DNA of 64,000 nt from Candidatus Bathyarchaeota archaeon (GCA_005881695.1 VBBT01000104.1:14941-78940), one strand, 5' to 3'; counted from the stretch's first letter, positions 9,956 through 20,542 are shown. The notes: generated from the letters alone by a model not told the origin. Made by a program: numbers and translations.

Positions 9956-10987
9956 TTGCGAGTGGCGATAAATGGTTTTGGCCGGATAGGAAGATGCTTC
10001 TACCGGGCGCTCTTGGAGAATCAAAACTCTGACTTGGAAGTCGCTGTGATAAACTCGACTTCTCCACCTCGAACACTTGCGCATCTCTTGAGGTACGACT
10101 CAACCTACGGAACGCTCCCACTTGATGTTAACTGGGACTCGGATAGCATTGTGTGCGCAGGGAAGAAGGTACCGTGTCAAAGCGAGACGACACCAGCAAA
10201 GATCGACTGGGAAAAATTCGAAATTGATGCAGTGTTAGAAAGCACCGGACAACCACTTCAGCGCGAAGTACTTGAGACGTACATCTCTAACGGGGCCGGT
10301 ACAGTGTTAGTCAGCGCTCCCTCGGAAGAAGTGGACATCACACTAATACCTGGCTGTAACTTGGAAACATATGACCCGAATCACCACAAGATCATTTCCA
10401 TGGGCTCATGCACCACAAACTGTCTAGCGACTACTCTAAAGATCATGGACGATAATTTCAGGGTCAAACAAGGATTTGCCACGACAATCCACTCCTACAC
10501 TAACGATCAAAGACTGCTCGACGGGTCTCACGATGATCTTCGAAGGGCCCGAGCGGCAGGCCAATCCCTCATACCAACTCGAACGGGCGCCAGCAAGACG
10601 ATAGGCAAGGTCCTCCCTCGACTTAAAGGAAGAATTACCTGCTCGGCAATAAGAGCGCCCACTTCAACGGTCTCGCTTCTAGACCTCGTCGTCGAATGTG
10701 GTAGCGAGTTGAGCAGGAACGAGGTTAACGATGCGTACGAGCATGCGGCGGCTGAAAACTTGAAAGGAATTCTCGCAGTCTCTCACGAGCCGTTAGTGTC
10801 CGTTGATTACAAAAAGGATCCTCATTCCGCGGTTCTAGATGGGCTCTCAACTGAAACTATCGGTGGGATGGTTCGCATCTTAGCATGGTATGACAACGAA
10901 TGGGCATACGCAATGCGTTTGATCGATACACTGCAACGAATCGACCGCTCTCACGTCACCCCGCAAATTCCCTCCAGAAACGCCTGA
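9956..10987 (+). CDS. gap: Glyceraldehyde-3-phosphate dehydrogenase, type I (bacterial/eukaryal type)
   Basis: N-terminal MRVAINGFGRIGR and the active-site SCTTNCLA signature; 343 aa. Confidence 0.85.
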   Translation: MRVAINGFGRIGRCFYRALLENQNSDLEVAVINSTSPPRTLAHLLRYDSTYGTLPLDVNWDSDSIVCAGKKVPCQSETTPAKIDWEKFEIDAVLESTGQPLQREVLETYISNGAGTVLVSAPSEEVDITLIPGCNLETYDPNHHKIISMGSCTTNCLATTLKIMDDNFRVKQGFATTIHSYTNDQRLLDGSHDDLRRARAAGQSLIPTRTGASKTIGKVLPRLKGRITCSAIRAPTSTVSLLDLVVECGSELSRNEVNDAYEHAAAENLKGILAVSHEPLVSVDYKKDPHSAVLDGLSTETIGGMVRILAWYDNEWAYAMRLIDTLQRIDRSHVTPQIPSRNA

Positions 10988-11228
10988 CAAGCCTCTTGGG
11001 CATGCTTCGTCGCTCTAGTTTTCCCAATTTCCACTAAACGCTGGAGTCAATCTGGATATCAAAGCCTCTCGTGATAAATCAAGATCGTCCTTTCCTTTGT
11101 TTCGCAAAAAAAGTACGCGACTCTTAAATCGACGAACCTCCTCGATGTCTTGAGGGTCAAGCGTCACTCCCCCGGTGCTGCAATGTGAAGCCTAACATCG
11201 AACTACACCTACAGTTGAGGAAGATTTC

Positions 11229-11531
11229 TTGTTGAGCCGATGGGAGTGCTTGGCCGGGCACATCTTTGAGGGCAACTTCTTCTCACCACCAATCACACAA
11301 ACCGCAAGCCCTCCGAGGAGCTTCACAGGCTTTGCCTGTCCAGCTTGCGGCGAAGTCATGACCCTGTCAAGAGAGGAAGGGGCTATGGCGCTACTGAAGC
11401 GTATTCGAGAGTTTATCGGAGAGGTATCTAGAGACCCCCAGTACGTAACCGATGGTTCGTTGATTCTCACCGAAATGGGTCGGCTTGAGATTACCATCAA
11501 GAAACTCGCAGAAGAAGCAGCGAGACCGTAA
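11229..11531 (+). CDS. Small hypothetical protein (CPAC-containing)
   Basis: 100-aa ORF in a 650-nt intergenic region. It overlaps an antisense ORF (11192..11500) of similar quality. Its coding status is uncertain. Confidence 0.2.
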   Translation: MLSRWECLAGHIFEGNFFSPPITQTASPPRSFTGFACPACGEVMTLSREEGAMALLKRIREFIGEVSRDPQYVTDGSLILTEMGRLEITIKKLAEEAARP

Positions 11532-11649
11532 GGTCGACTTATCGACTTCTAATTGCGAGCTCATGCTCTTCAGCGCAGATTTTTGTTTCTAGCCTGACCT
11601 TGGATCCCGAAGATTAGTTTAGAAAGCCAAGACTCTAACGAAAAACGTC

Positions 11650-12165
11650 TTGACAAGTTTCCGTCCGTCTCAATCCGACCTTGTTCGCCTAAAGAATCCG
11701 CTAGGAAAACTCCTCACAGGGACACCCGCAGAAACCATGCCCAAGTTGAGGACGCTGATTCAACAGAGCAAACCCCCTAAAATCACTACAGTTGGTGACA
11801 TAGTATCCCGAGAAACACTAGCAACCGGAATACAAGTCAACCTGAGAATAGTAGACCAGATGACCCTCAGAAAGAGCATCAGCCCAGTCGAGATTAAGGC
11901 GGAGCGGGTTTACCGAGTTAGGAATCCCGCAGGGGTCGTGACAAAAGAAGCGTGGGACGCAATCAAAGAGGCCCTGCAACACAGAGAAGCAGTAGTCTAC
12001 GTGGATGGCGAAGAAGACCTGCTGGCCATTCCGGCTATTCTTGAGTCTCCAGACAAAGCCTTCATCGTCTATGGACAACCATCACAGGGAGTTGTCGTGG
12101 TAATGGCCTCACCCGTGATGAAGCATGAGGTCAGAGACCTGATGAACCGAATGACCCAAGAGTAA
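11650..12165 (+). CDS. DUF359-family protein, putative GTP-dependent dephospho-CoA kinase (archaeal CoA biosynthesis)
   Basis: TVGDIVS and VVYVDGEEDLLAIPAIL motifs match the DUF359/COG1909 family known from the Thermococcus dephospho-CoA kinase; 171 aa. Confidence 0.55.
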   Translation: MTSFRPSQSDLVRLKNPLGKLLTGTPAETMPKLRTLIQQSKPPKITTVGDIVSRETLATGIQVNLRIVDQMTLRKSISPVEIKAERVYRVRNPAGVVTKEAWDAIKEALQHREAVVYVDGEEDLLAIPAILESPDKAFIVYGQPSQGVVVVMASPVMKHEVRDLMNRMTQE

Positions 12166-12189
12166 GAACACTTCCGGCAAAATCGCGAT

Positions 12190-13020
12190 TCAGTCTCGGT
12201 GGAAACTTGCGCATACCATTCCATAATATGTTGGGACCTCATATGAAAGTAGGCTTCCCCGCATCTTGACTACTCGTGTTAGACCCGCAAGCATGGCCAT
12301 CTGCCAGAGGCTATCTGGCTTCGCACTTTCGATGAATCGCTTGTTGAGCCGAGAAATGGATTCGATGCGATTCTTTCGGACTGCTTGTGAGACGAGCTCG
12401 TCATACTTTGCAGCGCTCCGATGATATCCATAAGGCCCAAACTTCTTGTGTGCGTGAGCCTGATCAGCGCTTGCAATGAACACGACGCGTTTCTTTCTCT
12501 TCTCGGCCATCTTGGCAATTGTCGTTCCTAGCGCGACATTTTCCTTTAGGGGAATCTCTCTTGACGGTGTGACAATAACCGTCCTAGCTTTGACCCGTTC
12601 TTCCTTGACGACAAACCACATGGGGACAAGGGTCCCCCAATCCATGGGCATGTCTGAAGCGGGTCCTTCAGCGGTTCCGTAGTTGGCGCCTACGACTGGT
12701 AGATGCTTTCGGGTTGATTCTTGGAGGAGATCTTGCGCGAATTCTCGGTCGCACTTTAGGCTCAGGTTGACTTTTTTTCCTCTTGGACCGTTTAGTTGGC
12801 CTGTTGTGTTTTCGGAGGTCACGATCCCGATCTTGTCTTGAAGTCTCAGGTTGTGCGGGCTTGCGATAACGATCGTGTCAGGTCTCACCTCTCTGATATC
12901 TCTCGCAATCTTGCGCACGGATTCTCTTGTCTTCGCGAACAGGTGCTTGGTTTTCCGTGCTGCCAACTGTGGGATAATGTCCCTGCCGTGTGGCATTATG
13001 CAGGCATATTCTAGAGGCAT
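12190..13020 (-). CDS. Class III extradiol dioxygenase family protein (LigB/DODA-like)
   Basis: The pattern IMPHG...TIVIASPHN resembles the HGSP...VVVSAHW motifs of the LigB/YgiD family; 276 aa. Confidence 0.45.
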   Translation of the reverse strand: MPLEYACIMPHGRDIIPQLAARKTKHLFAKTRESVRKIARDIREVRPDTIVIASPHNLRLQDKIGIVTSENTTGQLNGPRGKKVNLSLKCDREFAQDLLQESTRKHLPVVGANYGTAEGPASDMPMDWGTLVPMWFVVKEERVKARTVIVTPSREIPLKENVALGTTIAKMAEKRKKRVVFIASADQAHAHKKFGPYGYHRSAAKYDELVSQAVRKNRIESISRLNKRFIESAKPDSLWQMAMLAGLTRVVKMRGSLLSYEVPTYYGMVCASFHRD

Positions 13021-13072
13021 TATTGGCCGAGATGTCGCATTGAGCTAGCTTCTAGATGATTCTTACGGTTGC

Positions 13073-14233
13073 CTATTGGCGTCTCCGAAGAAGCGTTGAC
13101 GTGGCTAGTATTGAGGGGAACAATATTCCTGCCCCAACGTAAAAGATCATTTGGATTCCCAAAGCGGCGACAAACCCGCCGATGATATTCCCGATAGCTA
13201 GACCGATGCTTAGAACTATGCTGTAGAGCGCGTTCGCCGAGCCCCTCTTGGCTTTGCCCGAGATATCCCCTACGTAGGCGAGTATTGCCGGGGCAATTGC
13301 GGACGCTAAGAAGAACATAGGCCAGAGCAGTAGCTCGTATTTCACAAAGCCGCCGCCCGGAACGGACCACCCGAAGAGGAGTAAGAATCCGAGTTCTCCC
13401 AACGCTCCAACGACCATTATCCTCGTCCTCCCGATCTTATCGGATATGTGGCCGAACACAATAGCCCCGAGTGCGAAGAGGCCGCCGAGAACTCCAAGGA
13501 AGATGAGCGTATCTCGTGTAACCGGGATGCTGGAGCTGGAGTCTCTGAAGGCTTTTGGTAGTAGAAAGTACATTCCTAGTATTACAGTCTGGGCGATCCA
13601 GACAGGGATTACGGGGCGTATCTTGCCTCCGATTCTTCTCTGTCTTATTTTGGGCTGCTTGAGCTCCCAGACCCTGACCGGTTCCACAAGAAACTTGGCC
13701 GCCAATATTCCGGCGAAGAGGAAAAGCCCTGCAGTCACCCAGAAAGCATACGACAGCCGATCCGCGTAGGAGTTGACTAGTAGTCCTCCGACTCCGAACC
13801 CGAGTCCGTAGCCTCCTAGGTTTGCTAGGTCGAATCCTCCCATCTGCTTCCCCCGATTCGTCAGTTTGGTTGCGTCTCCCAAAAGTGTCAGCGAAGTTAC
13901 TGCGGTGATTGCAGCCGAGACTCCCATCATTGCGTGGAGGACGGAGACGTTCAGCAGGTTTCGGGTAAAGCCTATCGCTGCGGTGAGAATTGTGATCAAT
14001 ATCATTCCGATGATGTGGAGTTTCTTGCGGCTGAACCGGTCCGCGAGACGGCCGATAGGCAGAGCTGAGCCTGCTTCGGACATTGGATAGAGTGCGAGTA
14101 TGACCCCGATAACGTAGCTTGGTGCCTGGAGATAGAGCGGGAAGAGGATTGTTATTGATCCGAATCCAATCCTTGTCAGAAAGACTGCTACGTATAGGTA
14201 TAGCACCATTCGTAGCCCGACCTTACGCGGCAA
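13073..14233 (-). CDS. Major facilitator superfamily transporter
   Basis: Twelve predicted TM segments and the MFS-like loop motif GRLADRFSRKK; 386 aa. Confidence 0.75.
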   Translation of the reverse strand: MPRKVGLRMVLYLYVAVFLTRIGFGSITILFPLYLQAPSYVIGVILALYPMSEAGSALPIGRLADRFSRKKLHIIGMILITILTAAIGFTRNLLNVSVLHAMMGVSAAITAVTSLTLLGDATKLTNRGKQMGGFDLANLGGYGLGFGVGGLLVNSYADRLSYAFWVTAGLFLFAGILAAKFLVEPVRVWELKQPKIRQRRIGGKIRPVIPVWIAQTVILGMYFLLPKAFRDSSSSIPVTRDTLIFLGVLGGLFALGAIVFGHISDKIGRTRIMVVGALGELGFLLLFGWSVPGGGFVKYELLLWPMFFLASAIAPAILAYVGDISGKAKRGSANALYSIVLSIGLAIGNIIGGFVAALGIQMIFYVGAGILFPSILATSTLLRRRQ

Positions 14234-14354
14234 TGAGGCACCTATCTTTGGTTCGGGACTGTGTCGAGCGTGTAATAGGCTAAGTGGTCCTGAAGGTACG
14301 ATTATGAAGAAACTGGGATCAAAACCGGGATGAGTGAGACTGACGAGGAACTGG

Positions 14355-14789
14355 CTATATTCTTCGCGCTAGCTGTAGCACATTCAACCCAATCGCTTCA
14401 TCCTTAGCCTTTACCAGTTTCCCTGAGAGTTTCCATAGACCGATCTCTACCATGTTGGCTGCTGACCCTTCATCCAAATGACCGCCAATTACTGAAAAGT
14501 CCCTTCGGCCGAGGGTTACGTGAACATGAGGGAGGGGCCGGCGGTTCATGGTTGATATGTTGCCGGAGAGGTTTAGGATTTCCAGATCATCTTCGAATGT
14601 TTCGTACTTGTATTGTTTTGTCGTGAAGTCGTAGTGGCCGAGCTTGACCTTGCTCAGCGAGCCGATGCCCTCAAGTAGACTTGCGCTCAGCCTCTTCGCC
14701 GTTGCGAATCGTCGGAGGGATTGGAGAATGTCGTCGCCGGATTCGAGCCTCATGACATACTTGTCGCTTCCTAGTTGTGTGTAGATCAT
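14355..14789 (-). CDS. PPC-domain (DUF296) protein
   Basis: The ...LPHVHVTLGRRDFSVIGGHLDEG motif is typical of the DUF296/PPC fold; 144 aa. Confidence 0.55.
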   Translation of the reverse strand: MIYTQLGSDKYVMRLESGDDILQSLRRFATAKRLSASLLEGIGSLSKVKLGHYDFTTKQYKYETFEDDLEILNLSGNISTMNRRPLPHVHVTLGRRDFSVIGGHLDEGSAANMVEIGLWKLSGKLVKAKDEAIGLNVLQLARRI

Positions 14790-14856
14790 AAAAAGTCGGG
14801 CTGGTAGGTTGCGATTAAACCTAGTTGGTCTAGTGCACTGTCGTGGTGGGCTCTTT

Positions 14857-16161
14857 CTATGCGGCTACTGGAACGGTGGATGAGCCGTAGGGAATCACCG
14901 CAACATCCTTCTCGTACAGCTTCTGGTCGAGTGTTCTCAGCGCGTCGTCTATTGATCTGAAGAATTTGATCCTAGTCTTGCCCAAGAACTCCTCAACTGG
15001 GGGAGGCGCTATAGGTGAGACCACGATGAAGTCTGTCTTCTTGTCGTCCAAGGAGAAGCGGTTCGGCTTCTGCGAGGCCTCTGTGACCTTTCCCAGCTTC
15101 GCTCGCTTCTTCAAGTCCTCGATTACCATCTCAGGTTCCATCTTGCCGTAGGTTTCCATCTCGGCCTTGAACGCGTCTCCTCCTATCCCCGTTTCAAGCG
15201 CGGCAAGCAACAATACCGTGGACTTGGGCTGGTGCGAGGGATTCACGAGGCCCGCGCCGAAGGTTGCAGCCTTGAGGGCCTGGTACAGGTTTGTTCCAGC
15301 GGGTCCGTCCGCAACCGAAATTACGAGAGCGGATGGTCGGGAGGTGACAGAATGGGCTCTCCGGGAATAGTTCTCGGCGAGTTGTTGGTGCGCAAGGTTA
15401 GGATCTCCATACGCCGCTTTAACCAGTGTTCCGTCCTGGTTGAGGACGAAATCCAAGATTCGATGCTCTATCTTCATGAACTCGCGAAGAACGTTAGGTA
15501 CCTCGTTCATGTCCTCCCTCGTAGGGTTGCCTTTGATCGCAAGCTCTCTGCAGTTCGGGTTTCCGATTACGTATCCGTGATTGGTGGTGATGGTCTTGAG
15601 TCCTGAGCAGCCGGGAAGGAGCGCCTTCGCCCCTCCCTCGTAGCCCGCGAAGTAGTGTGGTTGAACGTTGAGGGTTGAGATTAGAAGATCTCTGTCGAAC
15701 AATTCCTTGTTCAGCTCGACGGGCGTGCCTCTGCTTGTGACTCCTATCCACTCGTACTTGCTCGAGGGGTTCTTCACCGAGCTTACTCTGATGTTCTTCT
15801 GGTAGCGTTTGTAGATGTCTTCTCCGACTACTTTCTTGATGAAATCTGGCTCAGATGGAACATGGGTTCCGCCCGCGCAGATGATCTTGATATCATCCGT
15901 CTTTGGTTCTATCAAGTTGATGAGTTGTTGGATGAAGGGTGAGTGTTTCCGTGTGAAGTCGGAGAAAATGATGGCGGGGCTCCAGCACTTTTCTCTCTCG
16001 AACGGTTTCGCGCCTATCGGGGCTGCAAGGGCTTCTCGGAAAGCGAGTTCGACCGGCTTCGTTGGGAGGGGTGGTGGTCTTATCCATCGGAGCTTCTCGG
16101 GGGATAGGAGTTTGCTGCCGCCGAACTGGTCTAGAACGGAGAGGCTGACCGTGCTGGTCAA
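14857..16161 (-). CDS. LarA-like (DUF2088) nickel-pincer-dependent racemase family protein
   Basis: 434 aa with the N-terminal DUF2088-like region KIICAGGTHVPSEPD and a Gly-rich central region. The assignment comes from motif memory only. Confidence 0.5.
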   Translation of the reverse strand: MTSTVSLSVLDQFGGSKLLSPEKLRWIRPPPLPTKPVELAFREALAAPIGAKPFEREKCWSPAIIFSDFTRKHSPFIQQLINLIEPKTDDIKIICAGGTHVPSEPDFIKKVVGEDIYKRYQKNIRVSSVKNPSSKYEWIGVTSRGTPVELNKELFDRDLLISTLNVQPHYFAGYEGGAKALLPGCSGLKTITTNHGYVIGNPNCRELAIKGNPTREDMNEVPNVLREFMKIEHRILDFVLNQDGTLVKAAYGDPNLAHQQLAENYSRRAHSVTSRPSALVISVADGPAGTNLYQALKAATFGAGLVNPSHQPKSTVLLLAALETGIGGDAFKAEMETYGKMEPEMVIEDLKKRAKLGKVTEASQKPNRFSLDDKKTDFIVVSPIAPPPVEEFLGKTRIKFFRSIDDALRTLDQKLYEKDVAVIPYGSSTVPVAA

Positions 16162-16279
16162 GGCTAGGGCTGATCTCTGATTGTAGCCGATTTAAGGATT
16201 ATAGAATCTGATCTTGCCTATGGCTGTATTTTTGTAGACAAAGAAAGGGGTCCGCCCTTTGCCTAGGGCGGATTGAAGC

Positions 16280-16633
16280 TTAGCGGCCTGAGGTATTGGA
16301 GGTGGCCACGGACGCACCCTTGAAGGTGTATCCGAGGAATCCTCCGATGAGGCCTAGGATCAATCCGACAAAGTTCAGTGATATTACCGAGAAGACGAGC
16401 ACGAGTATTGACCCTATTTTCCTCTGAGCCGCGTTGTTGTACAGCAGCCAAGATCCGACGAGCGTCAGTATGCCTGCGATGCTTCCCCATACCAGGATCA
16501 TTGTTGAGCTGATTCCTGGTATCAGCAGGGAGCTGACTGTGGTGGCGATGAAGGCACTGATCAGGGTGATTAGCCCTGCGAGCGCTGACAGCGCGAAGGC
16601 TGCTGTAGGCTTTGGTGCAGTGTTTGCTGCCAA
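16280..16633 (-). CDS. Small integral membrane protein
   Basis: 117 aa with 3-4 hydrophobic helices. The overlapping alternative-frame ORF (16263..16772) is Arg/His-rich and judged spurious. Confidence 0.4.
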   Translation of the reverse strand: MAANTAPKPTAAFALSALAGLITLISAFIATTVSSLLIPGISSTMILVWGSIAGILTLVGSWLLYNNAAQRKIGSILVLVFSVISLNFVGLILGLIGGFLGYTFKGASVATSNTSGR

Positions 16634-17153
16634 AGTTCATCCTTACAGGTAACCCACGCTTGTAGACTATCAACGAACTGTAACCCCCGAGCCTGTGCAT
16701 GGCGCACCCCGATGCACAATCACGGCAAAGATTCTGCAAAGCACTTCGGCCCCGCTTACAAAAGGCTCTCATGAGCCTGGAAGGCGCCGGTATTCAATTT
16801 CACCAAGGAAGAACCTCTGGGCAGCGACCTGTGAACGTGGATTTTTTTTGGCGATTTCACGAAGGGCGCGGCGCGGGAAAATCGACCACCCCGGGGGGTC
16901 ACATAATAGTTAGCGAAAAAAGAATAGTTACATAAAAAAAGGAAGATTTGTAACGGGTGAAAATTAGGGGCGACCGACTGTTTGGGAGAGGCATGCCTAT
17001 TCTTGGAAGGAATAGATTGCCGTCAAGATGGTTGCGGCATGTGAACTTTTGTTGCGGGTCGTGGGATGGAACAGATGGCACCATCTCCCATTGTCAGTCT
17101 CATCCAAGGTTAATCTATTGAGCCCCCCGTAGGCCAATCTTGGAAAATACGGG

Positions 17154-18098
17154 ATGAAGTACAGAGTTCTAGGTAAGACAGGCCTAAAGGTCAGCGAGGT
17201 AGGCTTCGGTGCTTGGGCAATTGGAGGCAACGCTCATGGAAACAGTTACGGGCCCACCGACGATAAAAAGTCGCTCGAAGCGATAGGGAAAGCGCTAGAG
17301 CTGGGATGCAATTTCTTCGATACAGCCGATGTCTACGGTCACGGACACAGCGAGGAGCTGCTTGGCCAAGCCCTCAAGGGCCACCGATTAGAGGTCATTA
17401 TCGCAACGAAGGTAGGTGGTGACTTTTATCATGGAACTCCTCGAATGAATTTCAACTCTGACTATCTGGAGTTTGCTCTAGGGAAAAGCTGTGAAAGACT
17501 GGGCACTGACTACATTGACCTCTACCAACTCCACAATCCCCCAATCCAACTGATCAAAGATGGTAGGGTCTTCAAGATCCTTGACAGGCTCAAAGCCTCG
17601 GGAAAAATCAGACACTATGGGATCTCGATTCACGATCCGCAAGAAGGGCTCCTGGCGATGAGAGCGGGCGAACTAGGAGCCATCCAGGTAGCATTCAACA
17701 TCCTACGACAGGAAGCCAAGAACCAACTCTTTCGAGAAGCGACAAAGAACAATGTCGGAATCATCGCACGAGAACCACTAGCGAACGGATTCCTTGCAGG
17801 TAAACTGAAGGCGGAATCCACCTTTCCCCAAGGAGACATCAGGCACAACTTCCCCCCCGACTATATCTCGCAACTCACACTGGCAGCGGATAGGTTGCGG
17901 TTCCTGGAATCGAACAAGCGAACCCTCGCACAGGCAGTCTTAAGGTTCGTCCTTGACCACAAGGACATATCTACGGTGATCCCAGGAACGAAGACTCGAG
18001 AGCAGGTGGATGAAGACTTCGCTTCCTCTGAATCACCTTCACTGACCGGTGAGGAACTTCTTCGTATCAAGTTCCTTCGAGAACAAGCGTTCGCATAG
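17154..18098 (+). CDS. Aldo/keto reductase
   Basis: AKR signatures GFGAWAIGG, DTADVYG and LYQLHNP; 314 aa. Confidence 0.85.
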   Translation: MKYRVLGKTGLKVSEVGFGAWAIGGNAHGNSYGPTDDKKSLEAIGKALELGCNFFDTADVYGHGHSEELLGQALKGHRLEVIIATKVGGDFYHGTPRMNFNSDYLEFALGKSCERLGTDYIDLYQLHNPPIQLIKDGRVFKILDRLKASGKIRHYGISIHDPQEGLLAMRAGELGAIQVAFNILRQEAKNQLFREATKNNVGIIAREPLANGFLAGKLKAESTFPQGDIRHNFPPDYISQLTLAADRLRFLESNKRTLAQAVLRFVLDHKDISTVIPGTKTREQVDEDFASSESPSLTGEELLRIKFLREQAFA

Positions 18099-18125
18099 CA
18101 CGAACCATCCGAGACACGGAGGAGA

Positions 18126-18728
18126 ATGATGAGATATCTCGTGAGGCTGGCTAACAAGCAGGGCTACACGCCCAGAGACGTCAAGCTGCTTCAAGCAAAG
18201 ATTCGAGAATTGCTGGGCTCTGCTGATAAGATCGGCAACCTAAGAATAGGCACGAGCACGATCGAGTTCGACCTCTTCGCAGAGCAAACCGACCTCAACG
18301 GATCCAAGAGTCTCCTAGAGACCAAGATCTCTAAGGTGGTGACACTCAGATCTCTTGAATCTCGTGTCTCGATCGGAGGGAAACAGGAAGCGTTGCGAGA
18401 AGCAATCGATTTGTTCAATCAGGAAAGATTCTGGGAAGCCCACGAGGTCCTTGAAGAGATATGGCATCCCGCAACGGGCGTCGAACGAGACATTATTCAG
18501 GGCCTGATCCTGACTGCTGCAGGGCTCGTTCATTACCAGAAAAACGAAAACGCTGTTTGCGTCTCAATTCTTGGAAGGGCTATGGAAAAGCTGGGCGCTC
18601 TCGACAATTTCAAGGGTCTTGACATCAAACGCCTGAGAGCCGGTATTGAGCAGATCCAGAAAGACAACATGCCCAAGTTGCTCCAGGTCGAGTGGGTCAA
18701 AACGAAAACCCACAAAGAACCCCCGTGA
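18126..18728 (+). CDS. DUF309-domain protein
   Basis: C-terminal LFNQERFWEAHEVLEEIWH matches the DUF309 signature; 200 aa. Confidence 0.55.
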   Translation: MMRYLVRLANKQGYTPRDVKLLQAKIRELLGSADKIGNLRIGTSTIEFDLFAEQTDLNGSKSLLETKISKVVTLRSLESRVSIGGKQEALREAIDLFNQERFWEAHEVLEEIWHPATGVERDIIQGLILTAAGLVHYQKNENAVCVSILGRAMEKLGALDNFKGLDIKRLRAGIEQIQKDNMPKLLQVEWVKTKTHKEPP

Positions 18729-18784
18729 AGAGTATCTGTACCCTTTTAGCGGAAGAATTCAAGCGGAACTAAGGGGACGCTTCC

Positions 18785-19390
18785 ATGGCATTTGTAAACA
18801 TTGACAACAGATACTCCAGCGCCCTAGCTATCGTAGCCGGCGTTATTCTCACATTGACGAGGCCTGTCCTATCGAGCCTGTTGCCAGGCACTGCATCGAA
18901 TCCATGGGCTGCTCTATTTACGAGACTTTCTGCAAACGGGGTAACTGTGTTCTGGGTACTAGCAGGCATTCTCTCGATACTAGTGCAGATCGGGGGAGTC
19001 ACGATCGTTCTGGGGGGTGTGCTCTGTTATGCAAACCATCTGAGGCTAGGAAAGGAACTCGTTGGATTCGGAACAACCTTTGGACTGGTCGACCTTTTGA
19101 CCACAGTACCCGCTCTCGCATCAAGCAGTTATGGACCTCCGCTTTGGATCGCCTGGGTAGGCCTCTTCTTTGCTGTCTTCGCGGATAGACACATCAAAGG
19201 CCCAAAGGACTCCTATGCTGGGGAAGTGAGAAAGCTCTTCGTTTCTCTCCGTTCCCGAATGAGGCGGGAGAGAGTTTCCAAGAAGAAGAGGGAACGACAA
19301 GCAAGGAGATCGAGGGCTAGGAAAAGAGCTGCAAGAGATGCGGGAGCGTCAACGAGACCAGGCAAATTCGGCAGCGACGGCGACGACTAG
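18785..19390 (+). CDS. Membrane protein with a highly basic C-terminal tail
   Basis: 4-5 TM helices followed by RRERVSKKKRERQARRSRARKRAARD; 201 aa. Confidence 0.4.
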   Translation: MAFVNIDNRYSSALAIVAGVILTLTRPVLSSLLPGTASNPWAALFTRLSANGVTVFWVLAGILSILVQIGGVTIVLGGVLCYANHLRLGKELVGFGTTFGLVDLLTTVPALASSSYGPPLWIAWVGLFFAVFADRHIKGPKDSYAGEVRKLFVSLRSRMRRERVSKKKRERQARRSRARKRAARDAGASTRPGKFGSDGDD

Positions 19391-19609
19391 TGCCAGTCCT
19401 CCGCCGAGGAGAATTGCCGGGGTGTGGAGAAGGGCAAAGCCTCCGACAACAACTACGAGTATGACGAGTAGTACTAGAAGATCGGCGATGAGGTTCTTGT
19501 CCACTTGATCCGTAACAACCAATCCTCCGTCCCCTAGGCTCATCTCGCGGAATGTTCAGCGGGCAGCCTGAAACTGTACATAAGCTCTGCTCCGCTTTCC
19601 CAGTTTGGC

Positions 19610-20461
19610 CTAGCCGGTGATGGATCGTATTAGGAGTAGAATGTTCCTCTTTCGCTCGCGCATCCTTCTTTTGCTGTAGTTGTACCATTCTGGTCCATAG
19701 GGAATGTACTCGCTTACCCGATATCCTTCCTCGATCAAAGATGGCTTAATGTCATCCCGAATCCCTTTCAACATCTGAAACTCGAAGTCTCGTTTGTGAT
19801 CTTTCGCCAGGTTTCTAGCTGCATCGATGAGTTTTCCGTCATGCGTCCCGATACCGAAATGGTCTCCGTCCTCGAAGAGCGTCGCCATGAGCTTGAGATA
19901 GTTGGCCTCGACATCGCTTCTCCTCTTGTAAGCTAACTCTGTGTTCTCAGGGTAGGCACCCTTCACCAACCGGACCATTCCTCCTCGGGCAATGATATCT
20001 TTGAGATCAGACTCGGTTCGTTTCATGTTTGCCTGCAGACAAACGCCCAGGCGCCGATGGCTAGGAAGAATTTCTAAGTATGTCCTTACAGTTGCCTCGG
20101 TGTAAGGTGAATTTTCCATATCTATCCAGACAAACTCGCCATAGATTTCAGCCCTATCGATGATGCTCAGGAGATTCGTTTTGTAGAGAGAAGGATTCGC
20201 AGCGAGCCCAATTTGGGATGGTTTTACAGAAATTGTCCCGTCTATTTTCTCTGCTTGTAGCCTATCGAGGAGTTTGAGGTATTCTTCGGTGTAGCTTTGA
20301 ATAAGCTTCTCGTCCGGGGTGTGCTCTCCTAGCCGGTTGAGGATTGCCCTAAGTTTTCTGCTGTTTGCGTTGTGGGCGACTTTGATTGCATCTTCAAGCG
20401 AATATCCTGCGATCCATCTCTTTGCGACACGGTAGAGAAGTCTTTCAGTTAACCCTGGCAT
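19610..20461 (-). CDS. Proline dehydrogenase family protein
   Basis: PRODH-like motifs throughout (VKPSQIGL, MVRLVKGAY); 283 aa. Confidence 0.65.
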   Translation of the reverse strand: MPGLTERLLYRVAKRWIAGYSLEDAIKVAHNANSRKLRAILNRLGEHTPDEKLIQSYTEEYLKLLDRLQAEKIDGTISVKPSQIGLAANPSLYKTNLLSIIDRAEIYGEFVWIDMENSPYTEATVRTYLEILPSHRRLGVCLQANMKRTESDLKDIIARGGMVRLVKGAYPENTELAYKRRSDVEANYLKLMATLFEDGDHFGIGTHDGKLIDAARNLAKDHKRDFEFQMLKGIRDDIKPSLIEEGYRVSEYIPYGPEWYNYSKRRMRERKRNILLLIRSITG

Positions 20462-20542
20462 GACGTAAGGACCTGATATCGTGCAACCTTGGAACCGGAT
20501 TGACGAAATTTCTTGAGGTTAAAGCTTTCATCTTTCTAGCCA

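Noticed and set aside
16263-16772. 169-aa ORF overlapping the small membrane protein gene in another frame
   Set aside because: Arg/His/Cys-rich, low-complexity translation typical of an off-frame read of a hydrophobic-protein gene. The same-strand membrane protein ORF is more plausible.
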